Below are positions 55,901 through 64,000 of a stretch of 64,000 nt of DNA, piece by piece. The stretch comes from Raillietiella orientalis (taxonomy: Eukaryota). Within the stretch, counting starts at the first letter, position 1. Each line of letters opens with the position of its first letter. The notes beneath the pieces were generated by a model. It searched no databases. It was given only the letters and a program-made list of their open reading frames with translations, and had not been told where the DNA came from. The DNA is taken from contig JAYWIR010000008.1 of assembly GCA_036172245.1 (NCBI GenBank), positions 2,604,001 through 2,668,000 of the forward strand. The letters are read 5' to 3'. Made by a program: the position numbers and the translations under genes.

Positions 55901-56851
55901 CTGGTCGCTGCGATGGTCACCCGGAAACCCGTGGCGACGACCTCAAGGGCCCGCTGCGACCGCAAGCGACCCGCCCGTGTCTTCTTTCCTTCCGTTTCCT
56001 TCCGTGCGGGCAAGCCCTTGCGGGTCTGGAAACTCCCGCGCGCTCCCGTGTCCGGGCGCCGCGCGGTCCCTTCCGCGCCCCTGCACGCCCCGCGCATGCG
56101 CGACGAGGACCGCGGGGCGAGTGCGCTCCGCCACTTTCTTGCGGCCCGGAGCGTGACCCCTGATCCCACTCCACCCCCTTCTCGCCACCGCCAAGGGGAA
56201 ACCCAGAAGTGGAAGAACCGTCAGGCGCCGGCGTCCTCACATCCATCACGCGCGGGTCGTGACTCCGCCGCCCGCCAGATGCACTGCTCCAGTATTCAAG
56301 GTGACGAAGAGCGGGTAACAGGGAGGAAGGAAGGGGCTCGCGATGGGGAGGAGAGATGGAAGAACAGTTGAAGACTTACGAGACTTCGCTGCGGATCCTT
56401 GGAGTTTTCGGAAACGGGTGGCGTTGCCATGCCGACGCGAGGATGTCACTGGTCGCACGTCGTCCGCCTACTGCTCTTCGCTGAGGGTCGAGGGACGATG
56501 GAGGAGGAGGAGGGGAGCATCCCCCCATCGAAAGGAGCCCCACTCGATAGGGGGCCTTCCTATGGGAAGGTGGATAGCACCGAGCTGGACAGCGCGGTGG
56601 ACCTTGTTCAGGGGAAGGGAGCACCGCTCCCACGGTCTCCCGGATCCCGCACCGGCGGATTCCTCCCCCTCCCCTCTCCTCGCGAGCGTTTCTTGTTGGC
56701 TTTGTGGCTACTTTTGTTTAGCGTCTACCCCCATGAATTCTCTCCTCCTTCTTTCCTCGACTTCCTCTCTTTCTCCTCCTCTCTCCTTTCTTCCTCCTCC
56801 CTTCCTTTTCTCCTCTTCCTCCTCCACCTTCCTTCTTCCTTCTCTCTTCCT

Positions 56852-56964
56852 CCTCTTCTCCCTCTCGCTAGTCACACCTCTGCTGCCCCTCTCGACGCAG
56901 GGCTGCCATCACCCCACCCCGCCCCGCGTTTTGTGCACCCTCACGCAGGTTGGGAGGGCGGACG
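56852..56964 (+). repeat. About 110-bp interspersed repeat, left arm of an inverted pair
   Basis: ctctcgctagtcacac...gacgcagggctgcca...ccctcacgcaggttgggagggcggacg is matched in reverse complement at 58930-59050. Confidence 0.85.
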
Positions 56965-58929
56965 GCGGCGGCGTTTCCGGGTGGATCGCATCGCTGTCGC
57001 TCCTGTGTCTTCCGCAAGAGTGAAGGAGCAGCCGCCGCGTCCGCCGTCGCCCAGCGTCCCGCTGTCTCCGGGGCTGCTGCGGCTTTCCCCAACGGTATGC
57101 CCGGGGCTCAAGATAGGGACGGCTTCCGCGAGCGTCCGTTGCCAGGGGAGACCCAGTGGGCCCTCCGCCCGTCCGTCAGAGGGACGGCAGCGTCAGAGTG
57201 GTACGGAGCGGGATAGCTAGGAAGAAAGCCTTAGCGACGGGGTTGCTTGGCGCCTTCTCCTTACAGGGGGGTCTCCCGCGCTTCATGCGGCGTGGGGAAA
57301 GGGTCGACCCCTCTTTCTCGATCCTCGAGGAAGCCGCAGCTCGGGCGAGGACCGTCGCTTCCCCCGAAGTCGGCCTCCAGACAGAGCGCCCACGCGGAGG
57401 TGCCCCCGCCCAGGCGTCTCTTTGAACGCGAAGGGCGCGCGTTCGCAGTCGCCGGGGAGCGCCTCGGCCTCACCGGGCACCTGCGGGAGGGAGGCTTCCT
57501 GACGTCACGGGACGAAGGGTTTCGGAGCGGTTCGGCGGCGGTCCCCGCGACGGAGAGGAAGGCGCGCACCCACTTTCGAAGCGCCCCAGACAGGAAGCGG
57601 ATCGCGGAGGAAGTCGCTCGAAACGGTCGCCTTCCTGCCGTCCCCGAGCTCTGCGGATGATCCGGCAGAAGGGGGGGGAGGAAGAAGGGACGCCATCTGG
57701 AAAACGAAGCCCCCGCCGAGGTCGGCCGGAGTTCTCCCATCGACCTGAGCCAATCGAGATCATCCATACACGTTCCTCCTCCCGGGCCGGCATCAGGGAT
57801 TCCTCATCCATCAATGCTGGCTCATGATTGGCAATGAATTATTTAGGGAGCGCATCTTAGGGGAGGCACGAAGGCGTGCACACGCGCTGCCGCCCGCTTC
57901 TATTCCCGTTCCTCCCCCCTCTCCTCCTTCTTCTGTGTGGCGGAGCGGCCGGAGATCAGTCGAAGCCCCACGTACGACGGGTTCCCCCAGCGCCCCCCTC
58001 CCTCCGCATCGGATCCTCGCGCGCGCTCTCTTCGGCGGCGCCCTGCAGAGCGGTCGTCCAGGATGCGACGACGCCGGCGTCCCGCACCGTGACTCTTCGA
58101 CACACCCGCCCGCCGTGCAGCAGCCCCGGCGAGCCCCGCGCAGACATGTCCTCGAAAAAGATCGCACAGTCCCCTGCTCCGCCGAAGAATGCCTGGATGC
58201 AAGCAGATCAAGTTCTCGAGAAGAAGCCAAGTAAGTCCCCCCCCCCCCCCTTTCCGAGCCGAGCATCCGCGGGAGGTCGCGCGCGCGATCCTGGCGCCGT
58301 ACGCCTGGGCGCGCGCGGAATGAATTGCGGCCACTCGTCACAGGTACGTCGGAGCACGTCATGGCCGTCATCGGGGACCAAGCGCGAAGCTGCTGCGCCG
58401 ATCCCGAGCACGGCGACGGCGACCAGAACCGTGCAATCAGGCAACGAGGAAACCGTCCGGACCAACCCGAGTGATCGCACGGCTCTCCCGCTGCAAGATA
58501 ATGACGGCGGTGCTGAAGAAGATGCATGGAACCATCCGCGTGTCGTGTTTCCAGACCTGCGGGAAGGGGGGGGGGGAGATGTTTCCCAGATGCGATCGGA
58601 CGGAGCTCGGAGATGAAAGGGAAGTGCGGTGGCGACTCCGTCTCCAGAACGCAAGATGGGCTCGTAGCTAGGTGACAAAAGCGTTGGTTCCCTCTCCCTT
58701 TGTGTTGAGGGGGTGGAAGAGGTGTTTCTCTTTCCATGCCGATAATTAGCGTTCGGAAACACCGGCTCGCACGCGTTGCAATCATATCTTTCCTTTTCGA
58801 AGCAGTAAATGTCAGGGCAGCATGGCGCCTTCGTGGTCGTTAGGCCTACTACGAATTTATCCCATTTTTCATCGGGATTTTTTTTTTTTTTTTTTTTCTT
58901 TCCTAAAACAAAATCCGCATGGAAAATTT

Positions 58930-59050
58930 CGTCCGCCCTCCCAACCTGCGTGAGGGCGCACGAAATGCGGGGCGGGGTGGAGCGATGGTGGCAGCCCTGC
59001 GTCCAGAGGGGCGGTAGCAGTGTGACTAGCGAGAGAGGCGGAAGAAGAGG
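58930..59050 (-). repeat. About 120-bp interspersed repeat, right arm of an inverted pair
   Basis: cgtccgccctcccaacctgcgtgaggg...tggcagccctgcgtc...gtgtgactagcgagag is the reverse complement of 56852-56964 with scattered mismatches. Confidence 0.85.
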
Positions 59051-59058
59051 AAAATTAA

Positions 59059-59089
<31 letters not shown>

Positions 59090-61554
59090 GTACAGACACC
59101 AATGATCGAAGGAATGAGCTTTTTTTCTTTCGCGAAAGGACGGAGTTTTCCTCCTCCATTTCCCCCTGGCAATCATAACTGCCTTTCGTTGCTCACATCG
59201 ATTGCCTGCCAGACTCATAAATCTCCCCTCTGAGCAAATATATTTCAATTACGCCGGTTCGATCTTTCGTGGTTTGCGCGCGCGCATGCGATTTTCTCGG
59301 CCCAAAAATTACCGGGAAGACGTTGGACCGGGTTCCACCCTTCTGGCAGCGCCGCTCGTGCGCACTTTATGAGCAGAGAAACAGATACTTTGAAAGCTGA
59401 ACTCTGGACCTTCAGACCGAGCCGACGCTGAGGGCACGAAAGCGCGCAAAAAAGCAGCAGCCCTCGGTGGTGTGCAGACGGCACGCCTGCCGCCCGGAAC
59501 GGTCCGCAAATCATTGCAGTTATCGCACATTAGCAGCGTTTATTTTTCATTTTATTTTTTATTTTTTTTTTTTTATTTTTTTTTTTTTATGGGGTATCAC
59601 GACCAAAGGATCGGTTTTCCCTAGGAAGGGCCCTTCCGGAATGTTTTCCGAACGTGATGTTCACAATGTCGTGATGTTTGTGATTTTATCCTTCGTGCAC
59701 ACTGGAAGTCTCCTCTCTCTCCCTTGGCGGGCCCACCGCTGGCACAAGGGCCTCCGTTTCCACGTGATCGCCCCTTTCTTCAACAGCTTGCCCCCCTTAG
59801 GGTCTTTTGTTGCCGCTCCAGGCTTGGGTGTGCGGTGGCAGCCCTGCGCCTGGCTCCTCCAGAATGGCCTCTGAGAAAGAATTGTACGCGGGATAGGCAC
59901 GCGACCACGCACGGACGTATACAATGTGTCTGTGTACACATACGTAAAGGGAAGGGAAGATCGAGTTCATGGATGGCGTTCAGCAAGGCGGGTCTTTCGT
60001 GTTTGCTCCTGCTTTGAAGTGCGTGCTCTTCTGTCCGTGCCCTCCCCCGCCCCCCTCTCTTCCTCCGTTTTCTCGAAGTGGTGCGTTTCCATCAAGGCAG
60101 CATAATGAGATACACAGTTTAATGAACCGGAGAGACATTTCAGAACGATTAGAGACTGCTTCCACGTCTCGGCATCATTCGTCACCGTACTGCGGCACCG
60201 CTCATTTGTTACACTGGAAGTCGTGTGCCTTCGGGAGGAGGCAGGGTCGATTCCCAAACGCCGGATGTTCGACCTCTCCGGTGCCGCAACGTCAATTATC
60301 GATCGCAAGCTCGACAACCTGGTTCGGACTCGACCACCTGGAACCCTGCGGCGGCTGAAGACGATTTATCAAAGCGAGGACCGCATGGATGCAGTGGGCG
60401 ATGATGCACGCAGGCGCGCATTCCCCATCTCGTGGTCGAAGGAGAGCGGAGTCCGGCCGGTTGGATGTCCGATGACACTACCGCATGGGTTGCGTTTCGG
60501 CGACGCTGACGTGGGAGCGCACCCCCCGCTCTGGTCGGTGACGGCGCTCCCATCGCGGCAAGAGCACCGTGGAACGTGCACGCAGTCCCGGGGGGCACAC
60601 AAGAGATGCCGTCCCCGAGCCGCGCGGAACGACTCCGCGTGCCGCGCACCTGTCGGTCTTGCGAGAGAGCAGAGAAATCCCGCCCGTTCCGCACCGGACC
60701 GAGTAGGGTTCGTGAACGCCCGCCTTCCGTGGAGGCAGGTGCGACGTGCAGCTCCGGGGAACTCGGTCCCCTTCTCGCCCGTTGGACAGGAGGAGGGGGA
60801 CGCGCGGACGTCTCGACTCCACCCCCTTCTCGGCGGCCGTCCCGCGGAGCGCTGCCCTGGGGACGCACGCGCTCGCACGTGCCGCGGAGGGGTTCGCCTG
60901 TCGCTTCTGTCCGCAGCAACTCCCTGCCCTTCCGCCTCCCCTCGAGGGCGTCCGGAACACTCGGTCCTTTGGAGCAGCCGGGACGCGACCCGTCAACCTT
61001 TCCCCTACTCCTCGGTGCTTCTCCTGCACCGTGGGAAGGCATTCCGGGCTCCCGGAGACCGCCGCCCGGGGCAGCTCAGCAGCCCTCCAAGTTGGTAAGG
61101 CCGCGGTCCTTAGGAAGAGACGCGTGTGTAACTTACAGGGGGAGGGCGTTGGAGGGAGGAGAAGGGAGGAGGAAGTGGACGGGGATGGAGGCACACAATC
61201 GGCGAAGGTCAAGGAAGGGAGGACCCTTCCCGAGCGAGGAAGAACCCACTCCCTCCTTTTTCTTCCACCCCCTTCTCCTCCCTTTCTCTCCTCCTCTTCC
61301 TCTTCCTTCTTCCATCCTCCTGCTCCTCTTCCCTTCTCTTCCTTCTCCTCTTTCTCCTTTCTTCCGCCTTTCTCCCCCTTGCGAAGGGAAACGGGAACGC
61401 GATTCCCTCTTCCGGCTTCTAGCGGCGGCCGCTGGGAAGCACGAGCGGGGGTGGGTAGGTGGGGACGGAACGAGGAGATGCTCCTGCCCCACAGTCGCTC
61501 CCACTGACGCATCCCCTCCCCTGACATCCTGCTTCTTCTCCCCATTCTTTCCAG

Positions 61555-63835
61555 GTGAGAGGAACATCGTCCTGGTGAAGATCGACGGTTTCATCGGGCT
61601 GAAGCTGCTGATAAAGCGCGAAGGGCCGCTCATCAGGTACCTTCGAGGGTCGGGAGAGGGGAGGGAGGCTCGCCCAGAGCATGCCGCACGCGGGAGTGGG
61701 TTGGAGAGAGGGTCCCCTGCTCCTCCGGTGTCCCTTTCGCTCCCCTGGAAGCTGCACGCGCGACAAGAGGGAAAGGTCATTGCGGCTCGCCGCAGGGAAC
61801 GTGATCAGACAGGAGGTCAGGAGAAACCATTTCTTGCCCCCTGTCCGCCCTCTCTTCCCTTCGTTCCTTTACCCCGTCCCCTTCCCTTGCGCTCCATCCC
61901 CTCTTCCCTCCACGGTCTCCCCTTCGAGGTGAGAGCTGCGGCAGTGGGGAGGCATCAGGGACGCTCCCCACTGCCGCAGCGCTCACCCTTGGATCCCTAG
62001 AAGAGACGGGTGAGCCCAGAGTCATGGAGGAGGGTGGTAGAACGGCAGAGGGGATGCGGGGCGATCCCAAAGAGCAGCTCGGGGCTCCCAGGGGAATGAA
62101 GTGGCTCCGGACGGAAGGGCGCGGGAGGCGCGACGAAGAGAAAGTCCCACGCATTTTCGCCTGCCATTGGGGGATGGGAAGAGGGGCGGGAGGCGCCATT
62201 TCGACGTCGCCCCCAGGAGAGAGGAGAAGGTGATGGGGGGGGGAGGAGGCAGCAGCGCTGCCTCCTCCCTGGTCCCTCGCGGTCACCCCAGCGGTGGCAG
62301 ACGCCGGAGACAGTCGAGGGGAGGTCTCGACGCTGCGTCCCACCCACGTCCACGGGGCACTCCGGGGTCAACGGGAGCTTTCTTTCCAAAGCTCTCCTCC
62401 ATCGGAGCTGCTCGCCGCCGGCCGAGCGGGCGCAAGGCCGGCCGCTGTTCCCCTTCGGGGCGTTTCGCCCGACCACCCATGGCCGCCCGCTCCGGCCGGG
62501 TAACGGCTCAGGAGGGCGGGGGAAGGGGGCAAAGGAGGTTCCGATGACCTACGTGATCGGAGGGTCGTGTCGGTCGCTCCCTCGGGAGAACCATCCGGGG
62601 CCCGCGGGCTGGCCCCCATTCAGGCTTGGCGTGCGCCCCTCCCTAAAGAGGAGAGGGAGGGCGCGAGGTAAAGAGAAAGGGGAAAGGGGCGCGATTGCCC
62701 TTCCTTGCTCCATGCCCGCCATCACCAGCCCGCGGCCGTTCTCTCTCCCTCGCCTTCCCTGGCTCGTCTGCTGCCCTCTGCGTCCCTGCAGGAGGCGAGG
62801 TGAGAGGAGGCTTTCTGCAGGGGAGGCGCCGAAGGGAACATCCCCGCGCCAGGCGCCCTTTACGGCCTCCCGGTCTCTGCCTCTTCCGGCGGGCCAGCCC
62901 CCGAGGACGTCGGCATCGGCGGTCCGCCTGCGCCCGGGTGGCGCGGACTCTGCGCGTCCCGAGAGCGGATTGTCCGGAAGTCACCCCGGAGGTTAGCAGC
63001 GGCGAGCGGGGCGCCTGAGCGCGGGGGCGAGGTGCGTGGATTTGGCCCGACCTCTCCCCATCGCCTCCTCGCCACAGGCGTCTCGCTTGGCTCTTCGTGG
63101 TGGTGGCCTGCTACTCGGTGCTCTTCGTGCTCATCACCGAGCGGGTGCACAAGTACGCGTCTTCGCCGCTCAGCATCCGACGGAAGAGCGTCCGCAGCGC
63201 CTCCTTGCCCTTCCCGAAGGTGCTCGTCTGCCCCTTCAGGAGCGCGTAAGTGCCTCTCACCCGCGGGGGCGCGCGCCCGACCCCACTGTCCGCTCTAGGG
63301 ATCCGGGCTACAGGAGTTATCACCTGAACCACTCCATGCTGGCGTACCTGTGGACTTTGTCATACCCGGGAAAGAGGCCGCCCCTACTAGTGGCCGACGA
63401 GGAGGACCTCCTGCTGCCGCCCCAGGATGAGAGCCGCAGCGGGCGCATCGTGGACTTCGATGGCGTCCTGGACCTCCTTCGGGAGGAAATCGAGCCTCCA
63501 GTGCTCGAGAGGCTGGCCAAGCTGGACCTGGAGTCCAGGATCCTCAAGGTGAGCGGCGGTCCCGCGGGGGGCTCCCTTCCTCCGAGAAGGAAGGAAGGGG
63601 GAGGAGGGGCAGAAATGCTGGGAGTCCTCCAGCCGCTCTGCAGCCTCCCCGCGCTGGATCAGGGGAAGATCTTAGCCCCTGGATGTGTTCCAGTGCAAGG
63701 TCAACCAGATCTTCGACTGCGCCCCGGAGTACGTCGTGAAGAGGGAGGTCCACACACCGAACGGGTGGTGCCTGCGGTACGACCTCATTCACCCTGCCTC
63801 CTCCGGTCCGTACCAGGGCCTGAAGATCCTCTTCA
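61555..63835 (+). CDS. DEG/ENaC (ASIC/pickpocket-like) channel subunit, partial; 5' exon(s) unresolved, 3' end beyond window
   Basis: Phase-consistent exons 61555-61636, 63078-63245, 63299-63548, 63694-63835. Translation ...DGFIGLKLLIKREGPLIRRLAWLFVVVACYSVLFVLITERVHKYASSPLSI (RR-x-W plus TM1 plus Y-x-x-x-P), LPFPKVLVCP (cf. FPAVTIC), LESRILKCKVNQIFDC (cf. L-x-D-M-L-L-x-C...C), TPNGWCLRYD (cf. T-x-x-G-x-CYTFN), GPYQGLKIL (cf. G-x-x-x-GL-x-L). Confidence 0.8.
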
Positions 63836-64000
63836 GTAAGTCCCCCCCTTCACTCCGGGACCCGTCGTGCTCGCGGGAAAGCGCCGCTGCCGTGATCCGT
63901 GGGGGTCGCTTGCGGTCGCTCACGACGCAGGAGGGGATCCTCGCCCCCTCCTTCCTTCCCCCACCGCCCCGCCAACCAGCTCTGTGCGGAGTGGGAAGCG

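Noticed and set aside
52946..56156. 400+ aa ORFs upstream of GNAV (53192-54460, 52946-54274, 54909-56156)
   Set aside because: Low complexity, running through homopolymer tracts, with no recognisable domains.
60576..62000. 474-aa ORF
   Set aside because: Only 61555-61636 is bounded by splice sites and protein-like; the rest is intronic C/T-rich sequence.

Overview
Eukaryotic (metazoan, probably invertebrate) genomic DNA. It is mostly GC- and CpG-rich, with many very short GT-AG introns (46-60 nt). I assembled four spliced protein-coding genes by hand with phase-consistent exons: an EEIG1/FAM102-family NT-C2 protein (+, 17241-22553), a divergent MOV10/Armitage-like SF1 RNA helicase (+, about 43315-47968, 5' end uncertain), a Gv-class G-protein alpha subunit (-, 52928-50037), and the 5' part of a divergent DEG/ENaC channel (+, from at least 61555, running off the window). 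Most intergenic DNA looks like a patchwork of decayed L1/Tx1-like non-LTR retrotransposon fragments, often in convergent pairs, plus microsatellites and a 27-nt U2 snRNA 5' fragment. Most long ORFs in the supplied track are GC-rich shadow ORFs. The most intriguing observation is the G-alpha-v, which lacks the Gly2 myristoylation signal but ends in a CaaL motif (CTLL). Also notable are a sharply CpG-depleted MOV10 gene body and candidate unproductive splice sites in its single long intron. All family calls come from remembered motifs, not database searches.
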